From: Entomortierella parvispora E1425 | Taxonomy: Eukaryota > Fungi > Mortierellomycota | Direction of reading: 5' to 3' | Assembly: GCA_020891255.1 (NCBI GenBank) | Contig: BQFW01000002.1 | Location: 2,852,001-2,916,000, forward strand | DNA length: 64,000 nucleotides | Shown: piece after piece, positions 36,658-49,289 of the stretch | Position numbering within the stretch: the stretch's first letter is position 1 | Layout: every line of letters starts with the position of its first letter | Position numbers and translations under genes: made by a program | Notes under the pieces: generated by a model | The model's input: only the letters and a program-made list of their open reading frames with translations | Database searches by the model: none | Told to the model about the DNA's origin: nothing

Positions 36658-39600
36658 TACACCCACACAGGAACAACATGCAATAGCAGGAAACGCAGAA
36701 GAGAGAAGAGAACTCAGGATTGGATCCTTCAACATGAGAGGAGCAGTAACAGCAGGGAAAGCAGAAGCCCTAATGGAATGGGCAAGTCTAGAAGAAATGG
36801 ACGTTGTTGGAGTACAGGAGACGAATCTAACTAGAGGGGCAAAGATTGGTATCAACAAAAAACATCACGAAGATTATCGCTCTTGGTGGGCGAATGGGGA
36901 TGAAGGCAGAACACAAGGAACAGGAGTGGGACTCATCATTTCCAAGTGGTGGAACAACCATAGCGGGAGGAAATCAAAGTGTGGGAGTAGAGCAATGGCT
37001 CAGGAGTTCAACTTCCGCCATGGACTCAAACTGGTGGTCATCAACTGCTACATCCCCAGTGGACATCCAAATGGAGAAGAGGCGGACAAAATACTGGCGT
37101 GGATACGAACAACGTACGAAAAAGCGCGTCAAGAGGAGAGAGAAGTGATCCTCATGGGCGACTTTAACGGGGTGATGAATCCAAAATATGACCGAAGACA
37201 ACAACCAGGTAAGTATAGGGGTACACAGCCGGAAACTAACTTGCTGAAATGGGTAAAGCTCCAACCCTTTCACGATGTGTTTCGTGTATTACACCCCATT
37301 GAACGAGCGTTTACTCACGGAGACGCCAGTCGATTAGACATGATCTTTGTGAGTGACCGCCTCATGGCCAGACTACAGAGAGCGAGACACGAAGACATGC
37401 ACGACACTGTAGCATCGGATCATACAATGGTGGTAGCCTCTATCAACATGTACAATCTGATTAATAACGGCCTAGCACCATCAGCAACAACCAAACCAAA
37501 GGGATTCCGATTCAAGTTCAAGGACACAACAGGAGAAGAATGGGAAACATTCACAGAAGCATCTGAGGCTGCTCTCAGAGACTTGGACGGGGATGAGGTG
37601 GTAGGGCTCCAACCTTATAGACCACCTGAAGAAGAGGTCCCCATTGCATCCTTCGGTACACTGAAGGTGGAGCTTGCTTGGAACCGATTTGCTAAGGCGG
37701 TATATGAGGCAGCAAAGGAGACCCTGCCAGGGAAAGTCGTCGGAATTGCGGGAGCCAAACCGGAGGAGGAGGTGGCGCTGAAATTTGTAGTTCGAGCGGC
37801 AGAGAAAACATACAAACAGGCGACGAGAGTCATCGACAGAGGCTATGAATGGAGAAGGACAGCTGCAATCGACCAATTGGACCAAGATCGCAAAAGGTTC
37901 AACGAGATACGGGAACGGTTTAACGGACTTCATCCAGACCAAAATCTCGTGGACGAGCTGGACGCGCCGCCTGCTGCCGATGCGGAAGACGACGCCTGGA
38001 GACTGTGGAGATCCGTGGTCAAAAAACAGTGGCGGGAAAGCCTCGGTGCACTGCAACTCCTACGCAAAGTTGAGTCGAACAAGGCGATCAAGGAAGCCAT
38101 CGAGGAGAGGAACAAAATGACGGCCACGGAGACAGGGAAAGTACTGGATAGCATCTTAGGCCGTGGAAGTGGCAAGGTGGTGCTGGACAGAATCCAAGTT
38201 GAAGTAGATGGCAACACAGTCAACGAAACGGACCCTGTCAAAGTGAAAGAAAAAGTGGCTGAGTGGTTCCAAGAGTGGTACAGACCGAGGCTGGCAAAGC
38301 CCTTGGAGGGGAGATGGAAGGAGCAATATCAGCCGAAAAACAACATCGACGAAGAATGGTACGACGGACTGATGGAGGCACCGACCAGGAAAGAATTCGA
38401 GCAGGCAGTCAGGACAGCACCGAAATTAAAGGCTCCAGGATTATCTGGGATCACAAATGACATCCTTCAGCACCTTGGTGAAGTGGGAAAGTTCATTCTA
38501 TACCAGATAGTGAGTGCGGGGATTGTACAAAGTGAGCTCCCTAAAGCTTGGAAGACTGGACTTCTTTACTGCATACCGAAGACATCCGAGTGGACCGGCA
38601 ATATGGCCGAGATCAGACCGATCACTCTTCTGGAACATGCGAGAAAGATAATGTTTTCCATTCTGACGACGAGACTCAGTACAATTATGACCACACACGG
38701 AATCTTGAGAGGACCAAATTTTTCGGTGCTCAAGGGGACGACAACGAAGGATCCGATCCATGTGCTACAGGCACTGATGGAAGACGCAAGAGAGAGCGGC
38801 CGGGAACAATGGATCGTATTTCAGGACATGCGACGGTGTTTCGACTCTGTTAACTGCGGGAAAGACGGTATGTTGTCCAGAGCCCTAGCAAGGTTGAAAG
38901 TCCCGGAGCAATTCATTCGTCTGTGCGAAACGATCTCGGAAACCAAAGTCAACAAAGTCATTACGGACTTTGGCACGACGAATGAATTCCAACCAAGCTG
39001 TGGGCTCGACCAAGGAGGGGTGGAGTGCCCTCTGTTGTGGCGAATCGCATACGACCCACTATTATGTGAAGTAATGGACAACTGCCAGGGCTACCAGATA
39101 AGAGGGCCGAAAGGAACTCCCGTAGTAGCAGACATCGCCTTTGTGGATGACACAACTTGGATCGCGGAGGGGAAGAAAGCAATGGAGCACACATTGGAGG
39201 TGGCATCAGAGTTCTTTGACCTCAACGGGATCGAGATCAATGGAAAAAAAACCGAAGTCATTGCAATCAATAACAAACGGACGAGGGAAGACTCGATGCT
39301 ACAGTTCGGAACACCGAAGGAGGACATATACCCAGTGAAGAAAAAGGAGGCTGTCAGGATGTTGGGAGTCTGGGTGAACGCCGCCGGATCCCCAAAACCA
39401 ACAATGGATCTGATCGAGAACGAAACAGACACCATCTGCAACATCCTCCGAAGAAAGGCTATCACAGACAGGCAGGCTGTATACATCATCAACAGTGTAC
39501 TGGTCAACAGGATCATCTACAGAACCTCAGCCCAGATCATCCCAAAGACCATGCTGAAGCGTCTGACTGGAAAGTACATGTCGCTGTGCAAGACCAAGGC

Positions 39601-41797
39601 GCGCCTTCCATCGACTACACCCAACAGCATCATGGAACATCACAGGTTCTACGCGGTCAAACGGTTAGAGGATGCGCAGGCCGAGGAGCAAATCACTGGG
39701 TTATGGCTAAGGCTCAATGACACCGGTCTGGTGGGGAAAATTGGCAGAGCACGCCTCATCCAACTCCAGCAACAGTTACAAATGGAAGTCAGCCCCACCA
39801 GCGACCCTGAAAGAGTTAAGGGCACCCGCCACAACTTTATCTCGAGTGTCTGCGAGCTAATGGCCGAGAGGGACATCCAGTTCGAAGTGCAGGTAGCGGA
39901 AGACTTCGAACTGGCAGCGGACGCGGGCACCATCTTGGAGTGGTTCGAGGGGGCCATCGACGAGGAAATAATCAAGGAATGCCACGATCTCGGGATCTAC
40001 TTCATCGAACAAGTATTATCAGTCAATAGAACTGAATTGATTTCTTGGACCCAGCTGCGTCGAATGGTAGGAAGTAGACGTGCAAGCAAAGACTCACCCG
40101 AATGGTTTCTTCGTCTTCAAAATTTTTGTGCAACTGATAGATTCACGACGGCCTTCATAAACAAGTGGTGCGAAGACCGCCGAGCTGCCATGGCGGAGAC
40201 CCTTGATGAAGAGGAAGAACAAGCGATACAAGAAGCCAATCGTCTCAGCGAAGTGCCGGAATCATCAACCGAGGAAGAAGATGAGCCATCAGAAAGCGAG
40301 AGTGAGAGGGAAGAGGACGCACCCGCACCTGTAGCACCCACACCAGCCGCACCAGCACCAGTTGCACCCGCACAAACAGACTTTGTTCCCTCGAACCGCC
40401 TGATCCTGGCCAGACGCGAAGGCACAGAAGTACGACCACGGCTGAGAGAAACACGGGACCAAAGAGACGAACGACTAAAAGCATACAAGTTGGAATACTA
40501 CAATCAACATGGTGGACCCAAGTTACGAACAATGGACGATGCAGAAGACGAGTTCAGATCCCAAGAACATAACGCTGACAAGGATTGGCTGAAGGATGAA
40601 GTGCGTCGAGTGCGAAACCTGGCCAAGCTAGAGGCGAAGGAACGGGCCTACCATGCCAGGAGTCAAGAAGAAGCTCGAAGACAACAAGAGGCAGCAGCTC
40701 GAAGACAACAAAAGGAAGCCCGAAGACAACAAGAGGAAGCTCGAAGGCAACAAGAGAAACAAGAGGCAGCTCGGCGGCAGAAAAGACGACAAGAACGACA
40801 AGCGGCGATCAAGAACAAGGCCCTCCGGCGGCGGGTGGCACAAGAGCGACGGCTCAAAGACGCCCACCGGAGGCGGTCCGAAAGACTCAGGTCGGTCACA
40901 AGAACGTTCAAGGCACGAAAAGCAAGGACCCGTAAACTTCAGAGAAAGTACCTTCAGCCTGAAGGTGGCATCAATGAAGAAAGGCTAGAACAAGACGCGC
41001 GGACAGAATTGAGCAAGTCGACAACACCGAGGGAGCGGGACCTACCCAGGAAAGACAAGTTCAGGGACATTTATGGACTCTTAATCACGACAGTGGTAGA
41101 AGACGCAATCCTGGAGGCACGAAATAGTCTGGAGGGCCTGGGACCCCTGGAGTTCTACTCGGATGGATCGTTGAAGGACCATGGACTCACAACAATCAGC
41201 ATGGCATTTGGTGTTGTCATTAAGAGGCCAGGAACCGTACGGTACAGGACAGTCATCTCTGGTAAAGTGTTGGGCTTTGCATCCTCAACAAAAGCTGAGC
41301 TAGTAGGACTGCTGGCAACAATCTTGGCATGCCCCAGAGACACACAAGCGACAGTATTTATTGACAACCAGACAGTGGTTGACAAATTCAAGACGCTTGT
41401 GGTAAACAGAAGAACAGCAACGGCGAGAGAACGGCTGCGGTCCTCGTACTCCGTATGGTGGGCAGCAGTGGCTAAAGCATTCGAACGGCAAGGTCAAAAG
41501 ATCAGCGTCAAGTGGGTCAAAGGACATGCTGGGAACATAGGCAACAACATGGCAGATATTGCCGCAAAGGCGGCACATACCAAGGACGCTTGGGACATGG
41601 ACCCCGCGGTGCACACAGACATGAAGTGCCATGCAACTTTCAAGGGACGGCTGGTAGAAGACGACCTGCGACAAGTGCTGAAGAAACAGTCAGTGGCAAG
41701 GACACACCTCAGATGGGCAAACCAGCGCAGAACAAAGGCAATGATTCCAGAATGGGGACTTGTTGAGTGGCAAACAACAATTGCTATCGTTCACAAC
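36650..41797 (+). CDS. LINE ORF2, N-terminal part (AP endonuclease, reverse transcriptase, RNase H), interrupted by the Gypsy insertion
   Basis: APE: GSFNMRG, VGVQET, GDFNG, SRLDMIF, SDH. RT: RPITLLE, QDMRRCFDSV, GLDQGG, AFVDD. RNase HI-like: FYSDGS, AELVG, IDNQ, WVKGHAG..GNNMAD. The apparent stop at 41798-41800 is the TGA of the LTR. Confidence 0.93.
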
Positions 41798-41962
41798 TGA
41801 AATGTTTTGGTACTCACAAGAAGTAATTGGGACAAAGAGAAGGATCTGAACTGACCCCTCTGTCTCGATCCTATAAGGACGAGCCAGAGTGGCTTAGCAC
41901 GGCTCCTGTCATCTTGCTTTATTGTGCTATCTGACATGCCCGCTTGACCCAAATATACCACA
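41798..41962 (-). repeat. 3' LTR (TGTGG...TTTCA in element sense)
   Basis: Matches 49290-49454; TG...CA termini. Confidence 0.95.
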
Positions 41963-41974
41963 GCCCTCTTCCTT
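41963..41974 (-). promoter_or_regulatory. Polypurine tract (AAGGAAGAGGGC) of the Gypsy element
   Basis: Purine run immediately 5' of the 3' LTR in element sense. Confidence 0.8.
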
Positions 41975-42263
41975 GGGGAAGGCTGAAAGCCGGGTAAGAA
42001 TAGTATCATTTGTGTCGTACAAGCATGCTTGATGATCCCAAGTAAGAAAAAGAAATCAAAAAAAGAAACATATAAAAAAAAATAAAAAATAAAAAAATAA
42101 GTGAAATGGAAGTCAACATCTTCCAATGACCTTGGTGGAGACTACCGGGCAAAAATCAAAAAAGCCTGGCTGAAGGGAAAACCTCGTGGGTGAAAACCTT
42201 CATCGTTCTCCTGAGGGAAAAGCGGAAAACAACCCTCCATAATTCATTTAGCGATGTGAGTGG

Positions 42264-45200
42264 TTAAGTGCGCTTGCGTTTTTTCGCATGAGCTGCTTTC
42301 TCCTTTCTAGCCCGCTCAGCGCCTTCGCCAGTTTGGTCTGCCGACTGGGTTTGACCTGACCGCGTACGCGTCCTTGTCGCGATCGTTGTGTTCTCACTGG
42401 AATCATTGCCCTCTTGGTTCCGACCAGTTGGGTCTTCCTCTGATTCTGATTCGCTGTCTGTGAAGTCCGTCTCTTGAACTGCCTGCCCAGACTTAGTCCT
42501 CTTCGTCAGATGGTTTAACTGCTGCGACGAGTGCACCCCTGGTCGATCGCGAGTCTTCCAGTAGTCCTCGATGCATTTCGTCTCAAAGAAATTCCTTATC
42601 GGTTCCCAGGTATTGTCCTTTGCCGTGTATCCTTTCCACTTCACCAGGTACTCTACTCCCCCCCCAGGTGGCTCCCTGTGGTTGAGTACTTTTTCTACCT
42701 CGTAAGTGGGTGTAGCTTCAAAATCCTCCAAGACGAGTTTGAGCTGTGATGGTGCAAAATTACGCTTGAGTTCCTCACCTGTACCGTCACGCAGTACATA
42801 TGAGCCCCCTGTTGTTTTGCGAACGACCGTAAATGGTCCCTCGTAACGCGGCGCAAGTTTGTCTCCTCGGATTGGGTCAATTGACATCACCTTAGCTCCG
42901 TCAGCAAATTCATTGAGCAGGATCGATTTGTTGAATCGTTCGACCATTCGTCGTTGGGTCTCCTTAGCCTTAGCTGCAATTCCTGGAAAGACAACATCGG
43001 TCACGTATTGTAGTCTCTCCAAGAGTTCTTCCTTCGTGGCGGCTCCCACATTGGCACGCGGAAAGTTGCTGTTCCCGTCGTATTGTCTGGCAAAGAAGAG
43101 TGAAAATGGAGATGAGTTGTGTAACGCGACGATCCTCGTGTTCATGGCCAACTGTGCCATAGGTACATGCTGTGCCCAACTGGCTTTGTCTCCTTTGATC
43201 TCCTTCCTAATTATGTTGCAAGCCGTCTTGACGTGGTTCTCTGCCACTCCATTTCCCCGTGGGTGATATGGTGTGACAAGACGGTGCTCTGCTCCTGCTT
43301 TCTTCAGTAGCGTGGTTACTGCCTCGTTGACAAACTCTCTGCCATTATCCGATTGGATGATCCTGGGGAATCCGATCGTAGTGAAGATACCAAGAAGTAC
43401 TTCCGCGATCGTGAGTGCTGCTTTGTCTGGTATGGGTCGTAAGAATACAAACCGCGTGCATACGTCGACCAGCACAAGGAGGTATCGGCATCCATTGCTT
43501 TCCTCCGGAAATGGTCCAGCCAGGTCGACTGCCATGTGTTCACCAGGTAGATTCGAATATATGGCCGCCAATGGGTGATAGCCTTTGCGAGCGATGTTGG
43601 TTCGCTGGCATTCGCGACAACGTTTGACGTGTTCCAGACAATCCTTGACAAGATGTGGCCAAGTTTTGCCTATCGCATGAATATGTTTAACCATTGCATT
43701 GGCACCGAAGTGGCCATTTGCATGTACATCATCTAACAGCGTCGTTCTGTCCGATTCCTCGACGGTTTCCCTAATTGTGTCCTTGTCCTGGATCAGATGT
43801 ACGTAACCATACACTTTGTCTGGTGCGGTTCCTTTGATCTTATCCGTCCATAAGTCCTTTGGAAATTGCCGAGATAACGCGTCTGGCAGAACGTTCAGCG
43901 CTCCTGGTCGGTACACCACCTTGAAGTTGTAATCCAAGATTGTCTCCTGCCACGCTGTCAACATGGAGTTCATCTCTTGCTGGGTATGCATGAATGTCAG
44001 AGCTCTATGGTCCGTGTAGAGCGTGAAGTGTCTACCCCATAGGTAATAGTGCAATTTCTTTAGTGCAAAGACAATCGCCAGCAACTCCCGCTGTGTAGCT
44101 GAATAATTGCGTTCACTTGGTTGCAATGAACGTGCGACAAATGACACATACCGAATATTCTCCGGGTTTTGCTCCCCATCAGGTAATTGATACAATACTG
44201 CTCCTATGCCGAAGTTCGATGCATCTGTGGCAACATGGAACGGTAGGCTAAAATCAGCAAAGTGTAGGATGGGAGCAGCGATGAGCAGATTCTTTAGGGC
44301 GTTGAAACATTCAAGCTGTCTCTTATCCAATTTGAATCGTCCTGGTGCATTCCTCAAGGCATCCAGCGGCGCTGCTATCGTACTAATCAATGGGATGTAT
44401 TCTCTGAAGAAATTAAACGTACCCATGTATGACATGACCTCCGCACCTGTCTCGGGTGGAGCCCATTCATCGATGTTAGCCAATTTGTTCGGATCCACGC
44501 GTTTGCCGTTGACGTCGATCACAAATCCTAGCACTGCTACTTGCGTGGCAAAGAAGCGACATTTCTCAACATTAATGATGAGTTTCGCCGCAGAGAGTCT
44601 CTCTATGACTGTCTTCACATGGAGAGCATGCTCTTCTCGATTCTTTGATGCAATCAAAATGTCGTCGATAAAATTACGCACGAAGGGTAAGTCTCCTAGG
44701 ATTCTTGACATACCACGTTGGAATAGACTGGAAAGCGGTTTGAGTCCAAACGGTGCCTTCTTGAACATGTACTGTTTTCCGTCGTGCATGAACGCTGTCA
44801 ACATTTGATCAGCCTCATGGATTGGCATTCTATGATAAGCTTGTCGCAAATCGATGGTAGTGAAGACCGCGTTGCCTCCCGCGAAATTCAGGATGTCACT
44901 AATGAGTGGGACTGGAAAATTGTCGTCAGGAAGGAGTGCATTTAATGGCCGTGGATCCAAACAGACACGGTAGAGTCGCTTTGCCCCTCTGCATCTTTCT
45001 TGGCAGCCAATGTCAGAGTATTGTTAAACGGGTTTCCTACGGGCGCAAGCGTGATCACGTCATCCTTGAGCCATCCGTCAACCGTTGCATCAATGATGGG
45101 TATCTGAGCCGCCGCAAACACGCGAGGTCGTCGAAACAACTTCACGCCCTTGGGGACTTGTAAATACACCTTCATCTCTGGTACAGAACAATGACTCGTG

Positions 45201-45793
45201 GACGGAATGTCCGCATTGTCCTTCAGGGCCTGCTTAACATACTCCATGAATGCCTCTTTCTCCTTAACAAACTCCTCAGTCTTTTCAGTATCCGGGGTCG
45301 TGAGAGGTATGAGCGTTGGTTTCTGATCTTCAATGACTGGTGGCGCCTTATCGGTAGACTGTCCCGGGACAGGCAAACCAACAATCCTGAAGCCAAAGTG
45401 ATGAAACAAGTCCATGCCAATGGTGAATGGATAGTCTTGTTCAATTACCTCATACGGGGCAGGAACTGTTCGCTCTCCACAGGTAACCTGTACACGATCC
45501 GTTTCTCCAATTCGTCTGACCACAGATTTGTCTGCCAGCCGAATTGTCCCTGAACGCACATTGACATTGATTTTGTACCTCTGTACGATGTCAGTGCTCA
45601 TGAACGAATACGTTGCTCCGGTGTCCACCAAAGCTAAGTGCCTGCTGTTCCTGAACATGACGTGGACAAATATCCTGTTGTCCATCTTTTGCGTCCTTTT
45701 TGCTTGCATTGAACTTTTGGTGAGTCGGATCGAGAGAAAAGGGTGATGTTTCTCCCTTTTCGAGTCAAGACTCGTTTTCTCTTCTTCTTTTTT
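42264..45793 (-). CDS. Gypsy Pol (aspartic protease, RT, RNase H, integrase, chromodomain); one 1-nt break in a G-run near 44990
   Basis: [12 protein letters not shown]; [19 protein letters not shown]; RH TDAS, RELLAIV, TDH; IN H..H..C..C, DLAGP, SDNG, E; GPF motif; chromodomain YEVEKVL...YLVKWKGY...TWEP. Confidence 0.93.
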
Positions 45794-47865
45794 CTCTTAC
45801 TCTGCTCACCTGATTTGATGTTGTCGTCAGCATCTGGCTGTACGTCCAGCGATGAGATCATCAAATCCTCAGAAAGTGTGACCGTGCATGCAGGTGAGTT
45901 ATAAATAGAAAATTGTGAGTGGGCGAGGGAGTCCTCATCGTGCAGCACATCCGGGACGAGACCGTCTCCGATGTCTTTCTCTTCGTTTCTCGGCACTGTC
46001 GCGGAAGCGATTGTCTTTTCCTCACCCCTCGTTTTTCCCATTTCTGACTCGTCATCTTCTACCACTGCAACACCATACTTCTTGTTCATTGCATCACTGT
46101 CGACTGTCATGTCGACGTCTTCGTCACTTTCGTCATCTACAACAATAACACTACTCTCCCCCCTCTCGGAGGATTGTTGCTTGAAAGTAACTTTCTTGCG
46201 TCTCTTCCGTTTCCGCATTTTCTCCACAGCATGCCCCTGCTCCTTGTCAACTCCATTCACAACGTTCATGACCGGGATGTCACTTGCATTAAATTCCAAC
46301 AAAATATCTTCGTCTATATTTTTCTGCTGCGTTGTGTGGTCCATTCTGGGTTTTCGACCGGGCCATGGATGCGTAGCAGCATGTCCTGTCGAGTTTCGGA
46401 AATCGTTTTCTCACTTTCCTGCGTTTCCCTTGTGTTGACCAGGTCTGCCTGTGGTATGGTTACAGAACTGACAATTAGTGGCACTGTGCTTGTCACTGCG
46501 TCATTGTTGTCATCGTTCTGCTCACCAGCATTGAAGTAGGGTTCGTTTCGCCTCTGGAAGCCTCTACCTCTACTACGATGCCCACGCCCGTTAGAGGCAC
46601 CTCGAAAGTTGGGCTGGGTCGTCGAATGATTTCCCTGCTTGGTTTCGTTGTGTCCATTGGCGGCATTCTGATTGCCTGAGGACTGCGAATGCTGATTCGT
46701 GGATTGCTTCTCAGCCGCTTTGCTGGCGTCCCTTTCGGCTCTAGCCTTTTTTTGTCTCGGCGATGACTTTCTTCCATGCAGAAGAATCGTCGGGTCCTTC
46801 CAAGTTGGCCATGCCTTAGTGACCCATTCCCATGTTTTCATATTTGGTGGTGTCATGCCCATGTGCTGCAACATACATTTCTGAACCTCTATCCAGTTCA
46901 TGACCGTGACAGCCAGGGATGGGATTGACATTTGCAGTGTGTGGAGAATGTCGGCGCTTTGATCCAATTCCTTGATTTTTTTGTACACTGCGGCTGTCTC
47001 TCCGATTCTCTGAGAGTACTCCAGGTATGATTCCCCTTTTTCTCTTCCTTCAATGGCAAACTTCTTCGCTTCAACTGACTTTTTGCGATTGGTGAGAGTG
47101 CAGCGCCGACGAATGCCTCCTCGCATGCTTTCCAGTCCCATTTAGCACGGGTTCGCCTGGACAGCAACATGGAAAGCTCGACCGACCTTCTTGTCCATGT
47201 TCGCCATGGTCAACACTCGCTGGCATGTATTGTTGAAGGTAACAACGCCCATGTTCGCTTCACCATGTCTGCGGAGCTCGAACAGGAATTCCCGTACATT
47301 CTGAAAGAGCTTTGCGTCCGCTTTGGCAGGTAACGGTGGCAAGGTGTCTGGCGGTTCCACGGGTGAGTGGGAATCGAGGACAGTCAGAGGCAAGAGTGAT
47401 CTTGAGCTCAACTCCGTCCTTGCTGTACGTTGCTCCTGTGCCGGACACGGATTGTGCGTCCTCAGTCTCAGAGAGTTTCAGGTCACGCAAGATCAGCTGG
47501 AAGGCGGCTATCGCCTCTCGCTTCTCTTTCGCCTCTGCTTCAACTTCTTTGCAGCGGGCGGCTAATCCTGGGGACTTGTCGACCATACTTTTCAACAGCA
47601 GTCCGCCGTGAATGCTGGACAAGCGGCCAAGTTGAGTAGACAAGTCGAGGATGGTACGTTCTGCACTCTCCTTGGTGAGTCGTTCCGACTCTGGGATTCC
47701 AGGGTCTTCGTTAACGACCTCCATCATCGCATCGTCATCTGGTAGAATTCCTTCCACCGATTGGGGGTCGGTATCTATAGTCAAGTTGCGCATGGCTCCT
47801 TCGACTGGTGCAGCCTCTCCGACACGGGGCTGACCATTACCAATGATGTCCGACAGTTCGGTCAT
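45634..47865 (-). CDS. Gypsy Gag region, split over several ORFs by 1-nt indels in homopolymer runs
   Basis: ORFs 47260-47865, 47142-47411, 46898-47170, 46314-47141 and 45634-46344 join into one plausible frame if single bases are added or removed in C- or A-runs. Gag-like segments FQNVREFLFEL, WDWKACEEAF and GESYLEYSQRI. Confidence 0.7.
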
Positions 47866-48315
47866 CTAGGGACAGATGGATGCAATTGTAGTGACGGATG
47901 GGTATCAGTTTACCGGCTAGGTCTGTTGATACGCACTGCCGTACTTTACTGTTGTCTACGGTCTTTTCCTAGGATGTCTCCCAAAAAAAATAAAAGTAGC
48001 GAGAGAATTTTTTCATCCAGGGTATCTCCCCCGCATTTTGTCCTAGACGGGCGACCCCTCATGTGGCTTAGCTTCGATCCACATGTGATGCCTTGTTGAC
48101 ACTCCTGGTTCAGTTCAAACTCTCGTTCATTCCTCATCACGCCATCGGCGCATGATTCCGGGGGACCAATCAGCGATGATCTTTGTCGTGGTGATGCCCA
48201 TTTAAATGGAGTAGCGATGGAGGAAGTGAATCTCCATTCCTCCTTCCATTCCTTTTTCCTTCGCCCCGACTTTTTTTTCACCATTCCTTCGTTCATTCTG
48301 CACTTTCATCACGTA

Positions 48316-49020
48316 ATGACCAAAGGACACCCTCGTCGTGCGTCTATGCGACCAACTATGGATGGGCCGCTTTCACCTCGCCTGCCTCCTTCCCAGCCTG
48401 TTGCTGCTGACACGGTTTTGTCCGCTCATGCAGCAGTCGCTGATTCCGACGATGGTGGTGAGTCTGACGACAGCACTAAATCTGTCGCTCTCTTCCGACG
48501 GTCAAGTTCTGTGCCTCGTTCTCCTCCTCCTGAGGTAGGGACATCGACCTCGCCTTCGCACTCTATCCTGCCGTTATCGCTGACCTCGTCATCGAGTACT
48601 CCACTGTCACAGTCGGTCAGTGAGACCGTTTCATCGACTTTTGTTGCCGAAGACAACATGGTACCTGTCGAGAACGACGATCTTACTTTTCCCTCATCTC
48701 AGATGGTCAGAGACTGGGGTGAATCGACTACTGCGGCGGCAAGACGTGCCCCCACGGTGATTGACGATGTGGAGAGTTCGTCTCAGCAGACGTTGGAGGA
48801 TGTCTCCCTCCAAGCTTTGAGAGACTTGGGTCAACGTGTGGGTACTGCTTTCCACCGCAGTGCGGAGGAGCACGGCGTCGAGGGTCGTGACCACTGGACA
48901 AATGAACACGCAGCGTTAGCTTTCCAGTATTCGGCTCAATTAGCTTTCACCACGCAGCTCATTGCCAGAGGACGTCAGAAGAGAAACGTCCGTTTCTCTC
49001 CTTATACGAAAGCAACCTGA
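48316..49020 (+). CDS. Extra antisense ORF inside the Gypsy 5' leader (234 aa; 267 aa from the upstream ATG at 48217), unknown function
   Basis: Long open frame opposite to gag-pol; TTTAAAT at 48201-48207 upstream and AATAAA at 49045-49050 downstream; ends RGRQKRNVRFSPYTKAT. Confidence 0.6.
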   Translation: MTKGHPRRASMRPTMDGPLSPRLPPSQPVAADTVLSAHAAVADSDDGGESDDSTKSVALFRRSSSVPRSPPPEVGTSTSPSHSILPLSLTSSSSTPLSQSVSETVSSTFVAEDNMVPVENDDLTFPSSQMVRDWGESTTAAARRAPTVIDDVESSSQQTLEDVSLQALRDLGQRVGTAFHRSAEEHGVEGRDHWTNEHAALAFQYSAQLAFTTQLIARGRQKRNVRFSPYTKAT

Positions 49021-49289
49021 TAGATCTTCCAAGTGCACGATTGTAATAAAATGGGTGTCTTCGTACATTTTGACTGTGCAACGTAGATCATCGTGTGGGC
49101 GCAACTAGTGCATCGTCGCGTACAGGGTGAACAACTCATTCCCTGAACTGTACTGAATATCGACGATATCTCATGCAGCGTGGACTTTCGGGTCCTCCAC
49201 TGATGGACTGTATTTCCACTACTAGAACGCATCCGTTTCCACGGTGTTTCCGAGTGTAGATCCTCTCTTTTCAAACTCAATTAAAAAAA

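Noticed and set aside
41798-41960. Alternative LTR definition: 163 bp with a 4-bp CAAC TSD
   Set aside because: Also consistent with the sequence, but the 165-bp version gives a TGT start, a PPT directly abutting the LTR and the 5-bp TSD usual for chromoviruses.
41963-42000. Small hairpins (CTTCC/GGAAG, GGCT/AGCC) next to the 3' LTR as a possible ribozyme
   Set aside because: No hammerhead core (CTGATGA...GAAA) or HDV topology.
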